DNA from: Octopus sinensis
Lineage: Eukaryota
Length of the DNA: 64,000 bases
Direction of reading: 5' to 3'
Assembly: GCF_006345805.1 (NCBI RefSeq)
Contig: NC_043010.1
Location: 44,268,001 to 44,332,000, forward strand
The translations under genes and the position numbers were made by a program. Under the pieces are notes generated by a model. That model saw only the letters and a list, made by a program, of their open reading frames with translations. It was not told the DNA's origin and ran no database searches. Positions 12,000 to 24,315 of the stretch are shown here, in pieces. Numbering within the stretch: the first letter of the stretch is position 1; every line of letters starts with the position of its first letter.

Positions 12000-12506
12000 C
12001 TCCGGGCAATAACAGAGGAATTCAAGACAGGATACCCCTGGGAGCTTCTCTATGCTGATGACCTTGCTCTAATTGCTGAGTCACTATCAGAACTAGAGGA
12101 GAAGTTTCAAGTGTGGAAACAAGGATTAGAATCGAAGAGCCTTAGAGTGAATCTAGCAAAAATCAAAGTCTTAATAAGTAGGAAGGCAGACAAACCACAA
12201 ATCCCTTCAGGTAGATGGCCCTGCTCGATCTGTAGAAAAGGCATAGATAGAAACACCATAAGATGTACCCGGTGTAAGCTATGGACAGATAAGAGGTGCA
12301 GCAATATCAAAGAAAGGCTAACTGGGAAGATAGTTTTTGCATGTGGCAAATGCTCAGGAGCAATAAACACTGAAAAGGTGCAGAATTCTGTCACATTCCA
12401 GGGGGAAAAACTACAGGTAGTTGATAGCTTCCATTACCTAGGTGACCAAGTCAGTAGTGGCGGTAGATGCTCTGAGAGTGTAGCTGCTATAATAAGAATA
12501 GCCTAG
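12000..12506 (+). pseudogene. RTE reverse transcriptase fragment with Cys-rich PHD-like insert
   Basis: open frame LRAITEEFKTGYPWELLYADDLALIAESLSELEEKFQVWKQGLESKSLRVNLAKIKV...VVDSFHYLGDQVSSGG, stop at 12504-12506; YADD motif. Confidence 0.92.
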
Positions 12507-13286
12507 GCAAGGTTCAAAGAGCTCCTACCTCTAGTCATGTGTTGCATATGGATGAAGATAGCTGTGTGAAAAAGTGTTCACACCCTAGTAGTAGAGGGAA
12601 CCTGTGGAAGAGGTAGTCCTAGGAAGACCTGGGATGAGGTGGTGAAGCATAACCTTCGAATGTTGGGCCTCACCAAGGTGATGACAAGTGATTGAGACCT
12701 TTGGAGATATGCTGTGACTGAGAAGACTCGGCAAGCCAAGTGAGACCGTAATCGTGACCTATGCCAGAGCAGCATAACCAGCCCATTTAAGAGTACACTT
12801 CAATCATTGGGCAATAAACTGTGCTTGCGAAGACCTGTTGAGGCAAGTGAAATCATTGTCATGACCGATGACAGTACTGCCTGATTGGCACCTGTGCCAC
12901 AGGCACGTAAAAAGCGCCATTTGAGAGTGATTGTTGCTGCCTGACTGGCTCCCATGCTGGTGGCACATAAAAAGCACCATTTGAGCGTGGTCAATGCCTG
13001 AGCTGGCTGACTGGTCTCGTGCTGGTGGCACATAAAAAGTACCATTCAAGCATAGTCAATGCTAGTGTTGGTGGCACATAAAAAGCACCATTCAAACCTG
13101 GTCAATGCCAGTACCACCCGACTGGCCCTCATGCTGGTGGCATGTAAAAAGCACCCACTACACTCTCAGAGTGGTTGGTGTTGGGAAGGGCTTCCAGCCT
13201 GGTGCAGTCTTCTGGCTTACCAGCCTTCAGTCAAACTGTTCAACCTGTGCCAGCTTGGAAAGCGGACGTTAAACGGCAATGATGAT
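12000..13286 (+). mobile_element. 5'-truncated RTE-clade LINE (RT C-terminal half, internal deletion, 3' UTR, GAT tail)
   Basis: RT fragment followed by GHVLHMDEDSCVKK and GRGSPRKTWDEV segments, a repeat-containing 3' UTR and ggacgttaaacggcaatgatgat terminus. Confidence 0.92.
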
Positions 13287-16200
13287 AAATACATACATAC
13301 ATACATGTACACAGACACACACACACACATCTATGTACATATACATTTGATCACTATGAACAAATTATGTGTGCCGGTTGTTCAACAAGAAATTGCAGAA
13401 CCCTCATATGTTGTCTATGACAAGAGTTCATGATATATATACACAAACAATTTACTTTTCTGTAAGATCAACAAAAAAGTACTCTATCTGGTGAGAGATA
13501 AATATTGTTTAATGTACAAAGTATACTGTTATGAGCTACTAATAGTTTCATACATTGGAGATGTTGTCAAGGCAGGTTTTAATAACACACCTAGTGTTTC
13601 TAGCAATCTCTGTAGTCTGAGCACATGACCTATACAAATTACAAATCGGCACAATAGAACAAAAGAAATCGCGGAAAAAAAAATGAGGAAAGTGGATGCA
13701 AAAAGTGAAAGGGTGAAAAAAATGGAAGAAATTAGGAGAAAAAGAAGAAAGAGAATTAGAGCTATGTTGCCTTTGGCTGTAAAGCCATAAAGCTAGTTGG
13801 AGTAGAATCAATGGAAGAAGTCAAAAGTCTGTAATACAGCTGCTCAATCCAGAGACAATGGGTTCTCCAGTCTGTTATATGCCAAGAAACTTGTCCATGT
13901 TTGGATTTGCAAATAATTTCTGATCTGGAATTCAGCTGTGCAGTGAAAGTCTTAGATCTAAAAAGGATATGCAATCTTTCAGCTATACATAACTAGCTTT
14001 TGTAGAGCATATGGCATGGAATTTTCTATAATTTTCCACTTGATTATATATATTGCCATACCTGTAGCTGTCCCACCAGGTTCAATAAATATTACCTTTA
14101 ATTTGTTTCAGTTGAGGCACTGATTACCTAAAGAACTTACCCTGAAATCAATAAACCACAAATGCAATTTGTAAAATCTAAAAGAATTCTTTAATTTCTT
14201 TTTGAAATTAGAGGCATTGATTAACGAGTATTGAACAGTATATTTTCTAGGGGTGCGAGTGGTGGAATCTTTGATAATAATATATTACTGGAAATTATGT
14301 CATTGGCTGCAAAGAGATATGAACATAGACACTGAAGTTGACAAAAGAAATCATCTAGTCCAAACAGTTAAAGTACTATTACTCCTGCTGTTGTTTAAAA
14401 TATATTAGCGACAAAGGCGGTATTAATATTGGGAGGTAATATTTATCCCCACAAACAAGCATGCATTCTGCACTAAAAGCCAATGAGAGTTTCTTTCATG
14501 GTATCTGCCACGGTAAAGTTTGTTCTTACAGAACATTTATGTTTAAGTGGAGATGAATATTACCTATCTATTGTTGTTGTTTTTGTATCAAGACTTTATG
14601 GTTTTCCTGTATTATTGTTATTTTTCTTTCTATCAACCTTGAAATGTATTAAAAAAAAGGAGAGAACAAAGTTAATCTAGGCAAGATTTGAGATTTCTCA
14701 CATTGATGTAAGGCAGTAAATTTTGTTTGGACTGACACAATTACATGATTTGTAATCATTTTATGGATCCTTGATTTTATGGACTGGAAAATTCTGACTT
14801 ATCAAGACCTGTTTCTCATACTTAGCATATGCATGCACACACAAACACAAAAAGAGCACATTTTCATAATAGACATTTGCTACCATTATGAAGTGTCAAC
14901 TAGAATACTATTTTAGGTACATATTCATTTTTAATCTTTTGTTGGCACAACAAAAGGATTGGCCACAAAAACAGTATTATTATTATTTTCCTACGTTTCT
15001 GGAGCACAAAACATATTTACAGTGTGCACAGGTTCATGGATGCATGTTATCAGCATTTGTGTTACCGAAACTTGGATCTTTAGATTTTGCTTGTGTCCTA
15101 TTCTTGGGAATAACATTTATTCAGGTGTTCATAGGAAAAGAAATAAAGGTTTATTTTGTGAGGGATGAAAGTATTACGACTGAGGGGCATTAATTATCTC
15201 AACCTATCAGACTGAAAGAAAGAGAAAGAGCATATGCACACTCGCAAGAGAGAAATGTGCGTATGTATTAAAACTATTAGAAGAGTTAAATGATAAGGTT
15301 GTTTAAGATTTTTAAAACTATTTTATTAAGTTCTGGAACTAGGTAACCGCTTCCCCAGCAATCACATTTCCATCTAAGAAAGATTAAAATGTCTATATAT
15401 AACTTTAATATTTATTTGACTACCTCAGAACTAAGCCGTTTATCCACTTTCTATCTGAAATAGTATTCTAGTCGATAACAGATTTCATATCTTTCTATGG
15501 AATAAATCTATAGATTTTAGCCATTACTGCATTTATAAACTAAATAAATTTTGTAGTTTCATTGAAGAGCCATAGACAACTCTTAGGTTTATACAATTTC
15601 ACTGTGGGCAGAAAATAAAAGAAAGAATATTGACTAGACCAGGTTTGGCCAATTCGAATTACATTGCAGGCCACTTTAATCACAGAAAGTTTTTGAGGGC
15701 CACTTGTAAACTGATAAAATTGAAAGTATTTTGCTTTCTCATGCTATTATTACAATAAGGAATGACTTATTGTTGATTTAACATGAAATATTATTGTTGC
15801 AAGAGCAGTAGTATCTTTTTTTTTTTTTTTTACTTTTCATTACAATCTTTAATTTTTGATAAAATTTTTTAAATGTTTGTTTAAATAAACCCATTTCAAG
15901 AAAGTATCAAGCAGGCCTCAGGTTGGTTAGACTATAGTTTCAAATGTGTTTAGATTCTCACCAGTAATCAACTGTCCCACTCTAAATTGACCACTGTGAA
16001 ATTGTATTTAAAGCCACTTATATTAGATGCTTTATTAAACCAAAGGATCAATAACTTGGTATCTAGGAATCAAAGACAGGAATACAGGTATCAGTGATTG
16101 GTATATAAGCATAAGTGATTTCATATGCATCAAATAATGATGTGATATTAGTTATTTTACAATAATTCGATAAGTCAACTTTTGCATTAAATTTACACAT

Positions 16201-17078
16201 CACTCAATGATCCGATATATTTTTTTCTTCTGTGATCAAATATTTGATATGCAGTTCTCACCATTATGTTCAATTTAACATATTTTTTTTTTTTACAGCT
16301 AACCAAACAACAAACCAGTTTTATAACAACGGTCATAGTGACCATCAGCTTACCGAATTTTTATCCACTCTTTAATCATCATCACCATCAATCTCCTTTA
16401 TCTTGCCTCAGGTCAACAACTTGATCAAATTAAGTGTATTCATTGGTGCATGATAACCTGAGTAATGACTTCACAACCAAAATTACTTTTACTGAAAATA
16501 GTTATAGAAGTTATAATGTTATGGAAGCTACATTCTTTATAGCAGAAGGCTGCTCTGAATTTATTGTGCTAGTTTCATTTTCTGTTCCAGCAAAAATTAT
16601 TTTCTACACCCAAATAATTTTTCACTTTCAAATACTTTACCAAGTTTCATGCTTATAAAACTTCAAAAGTAGTGAATACTACCAGTTAGACTGACTCATT
16701 AAACCATCCCATTAAGTCATTCCGTGTTTCTAACTTAAGAGGTTTCTATTACGCATTTATTGCCTTTGATTCCTCTATATAAGAAAAGAAAAAAAGAGAA
16801 ACTGCTAGTATTATAAGGGCTGACCGTCTAAAAATCACTTTGATGTTTCCCAACAAAGATTCTAACAATCCTTGTTCGCTCATAAACATTTCTTATATAA
16901 AAGTTATGTAGATCCAATCAACTTTATTCGGTTTATGATGTGGTAGGCAGAGATCACATGGATACAGAGTTAATAGCACTTAGCTACAAACACAATGTTG
17001 CCGACCACAATGACAACCAGATAATCAGGTTATTGACCACAGTATAAAAATCATTCCATTGGATTATATATATATATA

Positions 17079-17302
17079 TAATCCAAAAGAATGATTGTTA
17101 CACTGTGGTCTATGTATATGGCGATTTTTTCCCCTCTGTCTTCCCTTCTCTGGATCTTTCCTTCTCCTATGTTTCCGACGAAGAGCTCCGCTCGAAACGT
17201 TAAACCCTATTTCTTCCCTTCTTTCCTGAGCGTCCAATAATACTATATTTGTTCCACGTCCTCGCATTGTTGTGTTTTTTTGTGTTTTCTTGTTTGGATT
17301 AA
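17079..17302 (+). mobile_element. short non-autonomous element with hammerhead motif, bounded by short inverted termini and TA tracts (Penelope-like/retrozyme-like)
   Basis: termini taatccaaaagaa ... ttcttgtttggatta next to (TA)n; CpG retained; internal hammerhead motif. Confidence 0.6.
17171..17205 (+). ncRNA. minimal type-I hammerhead ribozyme motif (U4C variant)
   Basis: GTTT CCGACGA a GAGC tcc GCTC GAAA CGT T AAAC: stem I GUUU/AAAC, stem II GAGC/GCUC, palindromic ACGU stem III, GUU triplet. Confidence 0.6.
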
Positions 17303-17499
17303 CTATATATATAAAATATTAAATTAGAGATAAAACCAATATATATATATACACACACACACAAAAGATGGACAATCAGTTATATATGCCATTAAAGCAT
17401 ATATAAAAAGATTAAAAGGATCTTGCATAAATATTTGGTGAAGGAAAAGTCCTTGTGAGTGTGTGTGTGTGTGTGCGTGTGTAAATGTAGGACTACAAA

Positions 17500-18524
17500 A
17501 ACTGAAGTCTACACACACACACAAAATAATAATAATAATGGCGGGTGTGGGTTAACAAGATTATGGAAGTAGAGCATTCTCGCATTAAGTTTTGGGTGAC
17601 AGATCGGTAAGACAAGCGTTAGAAAGATATACAATTTATAAAGAAAATAGAAAGAAAAAAAACTTGCCTAACAACTCAATTCGTGCATATATCAATATCA
17701 TGTATAATTACATGCCCCCTCCCCATCATCATCATCATCATTATCAAAACATACACATTAAGAATGTAGAATTTAGAAAGAAGTATCTTGATTATTATTC
17801 AACTACTTGATACAATTATTTGTTCGGAGCAGACGTCTATTTTGTCTCTTATGACTCCTAGCTCTACTCATTTCTCATTTCAGAAATACTTGCTTCTGAG
17901 ACGAAGGGCGTTGTACGGAATATTTTGTCTCATTATTTGTTTGATATCACAGCACAGCATACATTCGAGTTTTTATTCACACACACAGACTGATAAGATA
18001 AAAAATAAAAAAAATGATTGCTTTCAGATCGAGGGGAAAATAAAATAAAGTCGGGAAACTGTATAATCAATATCTAGACCTATATTCTTTGGGTGAGAAA
18101 GGGATAGAGTGATGAGAAAACAGAGTTTTGGAGAAACAGGGTTAGTAGGGGAAGACAACTACAAATGAAGCTGGATCACACGCGAACACATATAGGCAGG
18201 CATACCTCAGCTTACGTCGGTAATTGGTGCCAAAACGGCGTAACATGAAAAAGAATTACGAAAAAAGTTTAATAGCTTATATTTGTTTCAGTATATAATT
18301 TGTACATATTTTCAGGCATATTTTGATTTTTCCACTCCAATGTTATTCTTGAGTGCCTTTCTTTTAAATTTTCAAGCAAGACCGATATAAAGTCGCATAA
18401 ATGGACTGAAGCTAAGGTTTATTTTTAGCATTAAATTCTCAATAAGTAAATAGACAAATAAAATGAAAGACAACACGAAACGACGTAAGTTTAAATATGC
18501 CTCTGTTTGTGTGTGTATCTCTCG

Positions 18525-18584
<60 letters not shown>

Positions 18585-18596
18585 CGAGAGATACAC

Positions 18597-18659
<63 letters not shown>

Positions 18660-18686
18660 ATATAATTAAGTAGTTGTCCTTAATTG

Positions 18687-18733
<47 letters not shown>

Positions 18734-19487
18734 GAGAGAGAGAGAGAGAGAGGTGACATTAGTGAGAAAAGGAGTAGAGGGGTGGAAAGGAAATAAAAAA
18801 TGAAAAGCAGAAGGCAGGAAACAAGAAAGCAGACAGTGAAAGAAAACAGAAGCGAAACAGAAGTGATACAGGAGGTGACAATAGTAAACAATATGATTAA
18901 AAACAATAAACAATGCAGCCTGCGATATTCATTTAAGTAGATTAATAAACAATTGATTCATTAATTATTCATAAGAAATGAATGCGTTGAGGTAGACTAA
19001 AATTTGTTTATGTCTCGTAGTAGCAAATTCAACATCAAATAACTTATCGATCGAGAAATAGCTGGTAGACACACACATTTCACATACATGTCTATATTGC
19101 TCTGCCAGGACAAGTGCTCGAAGCGTTAAATTCCTCCATTTCTCGCGGCAAACCAAGTAAACAAACCTTCCCGTAAATAATTTTTGCGCACGCAGGCCAC
19201 CACCACCACCACCAACCAATTTCCTTGGACTTCACCATGTATGTAGATAGTGGCTCGTCCTGTAAGAAAATAGCTTACTCTTTGTCCACTTATCCGTTTC
19301 TCTAACTACTGTCCGTATATAATTTGACCATCCATCAGGCTGAGAGACAATAAGTATTGTTATATACTTGGGGATGGTCGTGTGTTTAATTAGCAAAATA
19401 TAACCATCCCCAAAATATAACTATGTCTGTTTCAACGTATGATTTCACATCAAGAATCTTGCAAAACAAATACATAAACGCGCGCGC

Positions 19488-19537
<50 letters not shown>

Positions 19538-20750
19538 ATGTATGTGTGTGTGTGTGTGTGTATATATATGTATACACACGTCTCTTGAATGACGCTCTAC
19601 ATTGGTAAAAAAAAGATATTAGGTTAGTCGGAGTTACACAACATCAGAAAAACAACGGGATGGACACGGCTGGAATACCTTTGATCATGCCTGTTCGGCC
19701 AAAGGTGATCTGGAATTAAACAAGCTACTAACCAGTATCTTTAGACGACTACTTAACCTGCTACAGAATAGCAAACAAATCTCATTTAAATCACACCTTA
19801 CTGGAAAAATCATTACAAAATATAGTCTTGGATATATGACAATGGGCAAACAAAAAAAAAACAGGATGGTCACAGGTGGAACGGCATTGATCTTAGGTTT
19901 ACTTGACGAGGTATTATGACTTGGGGTTAAACATTGTGATATATATAATAAGTGACAGGTAAATACAAAAATTGGAGGAGGCAAGCAAATATAAACATAA
20001 ACAAACGGCAGGTAAACAATTAGATACGGAGAGAACTTTACCGTGTTTAATCCGACTCGATAAAAGCCAGTTGGGGAGACAAACAGTTTAGTACCATTGT
20101 TGACTGGACTGAATGTCCTAAGTTACTACTACTACGCAAGAGAAATGTGTAGGATGGTTCTGTGTGTGTGTCTGCTGGTGTACTTAGAGGAGATAAGTAC
20201 TTTGCCAGCTGAATTCAGAAGGCGTGTGTGTGTGTGTTTTAAATGCGGGATGAAGACGGCGTCAGGAGATAGACTACTGACAGCTTACTAAACCATATTA
20301 ACTACTTAAGCAATTTCCTCACATAAAAACACACGCGCACGGATAACTTTGCTTATAAAATTAATGCCGCCGACACCATTGCAACGGCAAACACTGTTTT
20401 AGTGGAAATAAAAATGTCAACAAGTGGTATGTTTATTAGTGAAGCTTTTTCTAACGGTGACTGCATATTGCATTGACTGAAGTGACTCTAATCAGCCCTG
20501 ATCGTGCAGACGGCCGATGACAGGGCAGTAGCCCGTACAACACACAGTTGTGTCTGTGTTGGGGATTATTAGCGAATACGTTCGGGTTACTAACGATAGA
20601 GATGTTTGATGAGAACTGTGGTTGTGGTGGTGGTTGTAGAATAGTACTTGAAAAAAAAAGCAGCAGTGTAGTATTTATTAAATATTTAGTTCGTTTTAGC
20701 CTCGTAAGTCGTGCTGGAGCACGAATAGTAAGCAGTCCAGTAGTGTTTAT
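17500..20750. promoter_or_regulatory. CpG-retaining region, candidate divergent promoter
   Basis: CpG visibly more frequent than in flanking DNA; contains outward-facing ATG+donor pairs (18246-18216 minus, 20414-20426 plus). Confidence 0.3.
18521..18750. repeat. three consecutive long (TA)n arrays plus (GA)n
   Basis: seen directly. Confidence 0.95.
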
Positions 20751-21508
20751 TTAGTAAGGACTAGTATTAGCGTTTTTTGTTACTAAGGACTACTAATTAA
20801 TAGACTATAATAACAAAAATGCTCGTTTTCCAGTTAGCAGTGCACTAGCAGTAGTGTTTACAAGTAGGGACTTATAACTTGTGACATTTAGAGAGAAAAA
20901 AATTATATGTATAAAAAAAAACACAAAACATTTGCATACGATTGAGAGACATTTGAAAAGAATTGCTTGTGAATTGAGTATTAGTAATATTTTAACATAT
21001 ATGTGTGTCGTGAGAGAGAGAGAATAGAAAGATAAAAAGAGAAAACTGATAATTTGTAGGAGGCAGATAAGAAAAGTGTGAGATATAATAGAGGGTATAC
21101 AGGAGGAACAATAAGATATAGATGAAGAAAAAGATAAGACAGTTTGAAAAACAGATAGAGAGTGGAAGAGAGAATAAGAGTGTAAAAAAAAAAGAGAGAG
21201 GAAAGTATGAGAAAGAATACAGGGTGAATCTAGAGACCAAAGAAATAGGATAATTGAAAAGTTGAAGTATGAGAGAGAAGCTTGTACTTATAGAAGAAAT
21301 CAAACAAATCAATTATTACTAAAACTAGATATCTTTCAGTAACTTAGTGCCTCATAATTCTATTTATAAAGTACAACTGTGTTATTTTAATCACACACCA
21401 GTTAGTCATTTCAAAAACTGCTTTATGCCTATTCAAGAAACAATTATCCAAGAAGCCAGCAGTAGAGTCTCAAACTAAATTCTTTGCTACATTTGTTTTG
21501 ACTTTCAG

Positions 21509-21649
21509 GGCTCCAAGTTCCCACAGGATCAAGTTTCCACCCATTTGGAGCCAGTAATTTAATGGGGGTTCATTCAATCAATTACACCCTTTTCATTGTA
21601 AGAATTGGTTTTTATACCGCTTCAAAATGAATCCTTATGTAGCACTATG
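21509..21649 (+). other. candidate exon with strong splice sites
   Basis: tttgttttgactttcag| acceptor and ATG|GTGAGT donor; no frame is open end to end (UTR exon, or late ATG giving MNPYVAL). Confidence 0.3.
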
Positions 21650-22599
21650 GTGAGTGTTCTCTCTGTAAACCCACAACACCATTGTAAAGTTGTGTCCAGA
21701 AACAGTGTTTAAATTAAAGAAGAAAAAAACAACAAAAACAAAACAAAGCAACAACAAAAAAAAACTTATCATTTTATGCTGCTTTTTCCAAGCTTGCATG
21801 GGCAAGAGAGGTTTTCTATAGCATTTTGCTTTGCTATAAATATTGTGGTAAATAATAGAGGGAGTAGGAGAGTTGTTGATCTAAAAGTTGAGCTATTTCT
21901 TTTTACCAAATTATATTTTCTAATTACTTACAGACAACATTGTCTTTGGAACACATTTCGAAAATCATATTTGTTTTTCTTGAGGATGCACCATTTCCGA
22001 CCCTTTTTGGTTGAACACACATACATAACTACATACACTCACATTTATATAGTAGATATGTAATCACTGAATTGAGCAGACTATTAAATGTTGTTACACA
22101 CTGTTGATCACATAGTGATTTTGAAAGATGCCATCTTGCTGGTTAGGTGAGCAGGCCAACATCCCCTCTGAATGGGATGCCAGTCTGTTGCAAGCTGAGT
22201 GGATTGGAGCAATATGAAATGAAGTGTTTTGTTCATGAATTCAAAGCACTGCTGGTTGGGGAATCAAAACCATGATCTTGGAATTGTGAGTGCAAAACCT
22301 TATCCACTAAACCTCATGCCTTCACACACACACACACACACACGATCATTGCTTCATGTCAACAGATGACAGCCATCACAATCACTCTACATCATCCCTA
22401 TAATCTCAATCATGCTTCTGTGATCGGAGATGAATCTTCACCTCTCTCCCATTGCTGCATAACTTTAGTGAAGAGACAAAATGAACAAGATGGAATGTGA
22501 CATGTCATAGGATTAAAGTAACATACTTGAAGCAACACGTATTCTACTTTCTGAATATCAATAACTGGAATCCAGTGACAAGCACTGCAAGATGATTGG

Positions 22600-22810
22600 C
22601 AGCTACATCAACTTCAGGTTTCACTTCATCATGCCTTCTCTTAGACTTTTCACATCAAAGGATCCTATGAGTCAGCAAGGATATGATTGAACAAAACACA
22701 TTTGCACATAAGTGGATGACCACTGACTCTCACGAGTTTATCTGCCTTTTAACAGATCTTGATTTCCATCCTGAAGTGTGTCCAAAAAGTCAGCCTTCTC
22801 ACTGAGCAGG
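22600..22810 (-). pseudogene. highly degenerate HERO/R2-superfamily non-LTR fragment
   Basis: frameshifted peptides RRLTFWTHFRMEIKI, PLMCKCVLFNHILADS and RRHDEV, in the order expected around the C-terminal CCHC region. Confidence 0.35.
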
Positions 22811-22959
22811 CTTGGTGGGATTGCCAATTTAGTTGTTGACAACCTGACCATACTAGTTGTACTGGGTTATGTTACCAGAGACACTCAAGAGCAATTTCAC
22901 ACACACACACACACTCTCTCTCTCTCTCTCTCCACTCTCTCTCTAAGAACACACGGGGA

Positions 22960-23575
22960 AATAGAATTTTTCAAATGCCCAGGGAAAATCCTTAGAGATA
23001 GTAGGTAGCTTCTGTTGCCTAGGTGACCTAATTAGTAGCGGAGGAGGATGTACTGAAGATATAGTTACAAGAAAAAAGCTGGAAAAAATTCAGAGCAACA
23101 GCTCTGTGGGTAACAAAAGGTCTCCCTCTCAGAGTGAAAGCAAGCTTGTGTAAGAACAACAATGCTACATGGTAGTGAAATGTGGATTGTAAATGCAGGG
23201 GATATATGAAAAATAGAAAGAAATTAAGTTAGCATGGTCCAGTTGGATGAGCAAATGACAGTGTGAATATATGACAAAATGCAAATGTAGTGAGAAAAAT
23301 TGGGAATAAGAGGAATCGGATGTATCATGCAAGAGGGAAGAATGTGCCGGTATGATCATGTGATGCATATAGAGGAGTACAGCTGCATAAAGAAGAGCTG
23401 ACATAAGGTGTGGATGGAATCTGTGGAAGAAGGAGACCCAACAAGGGGAACATGAGAGAGCATAGTGAAGACTGATCTCAAGACATTGAACCTCTTGGAG
23501 GAAATTTCAAAAGATTGAGACAAATGACATTTTGCTGTGCCTGGGAAAAGCCGTCTGTCCAATGAGGTATGTCTA
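22960..23575 (+). mobile_element. degenerate RTE LINE fragment (thumb region to ORF end)
   Basis: LEIVGSFCCLGDLISSGGGC...TMLHGSEMW, homologous to the RTE copies at 12.4 kb and 25.3 kb. Confidence 0.8.
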
Positions 23576-24251
23576 GACACTCACTAGGCTGTATCAAGTC
23601 TTCTCCCACCTCTCATCTTCCTAACACCCACTATGGTCCTATTCAGCTGTTGTGATCGTATGAGAGGAAAATCATCCCCGTTTGTTCCATCAGTTAGCTT
23701 TCTTCCTGAAACCACTTCTTTCTAACATCCTTCATTCTCTATATCATCCCTTCCCACTTTAATATTTTCTGTGCCACCAGTTATCTCCCTTGCCCTTGAG
23801 CTGCATCTTATGACTGCCATCATTGACATCCTCTCATACTATTTTGATAGCCCCTCCCACCACCACAGTTCTCTAAGTACCTCCGACCTCCATCTCTGTC
23901 AATGTACATCTCTCTCTCTCTCTCTCTTTCAATTCCCAACCCCCACATCATCGCCCTATCTCTCATTGGTGCTCTCCAGCCTTTCTGCATTGCTTCTTAC
24001 CACCTCCTCCTTCCTGAGCGACTTTTATCTCTTTCACCTTACCTCACCAACCAATATTTTATTAACCATCAAATCATCCCTCCACCCTTATTCAGACCAG
24101 TATGTGATTGAAAGAAGTCATTGAAACTAAAACCAAAATAATCATTTAGGGTTAACAGCAGCAGTGTTCATGTATCATCAACGTTACACACTTCTGCTAG
24201 GGCCATCATCATTATCATTAGAATAACTTATAATCCAATGTATCATCATAG

Positions 24252-24315
24252 GATGCTGCAGTTTGACCCGATCTGTTATCAGTGAGATGAGAAAGATAGA
24301 AACACCAAGCATAAG
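24252..24315 (+). other. candidate 64-nt exon
   Basis: catcatag| acceptor, AAG|GTAATG donor, one open frame starting CCSLTRSVISEMRK. Confidence 0.2.

Noticed and set aside
12880-13165. CRISPR-like array (hairpin repeats with variable spacers; also 25570-25730, 32860-33005)
   Set aside because: Lies in the RTE 3' UTR; spacers are related to each other and of unequal length; eukaryotic context, no cas genes
15643-15935. Possible hAT-type MITE (caggtttggccaa...gcaggcc ends)
   Set aside because: Termini too degenerate and no TSD could be verified
16299-16375. Terminal plus-strand exon ANQTTNQFYNNGHSDHQLTEFLSTL*
   Set aside because: Strong acceptor, but no compatible upstream exons and no recognisable homology
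18439-18913. ORFs with YIYI runs (also similar RE/CV/HT-run ORFs elsewhere)
   Set aside because: Translations of dinucleotide microsatellites
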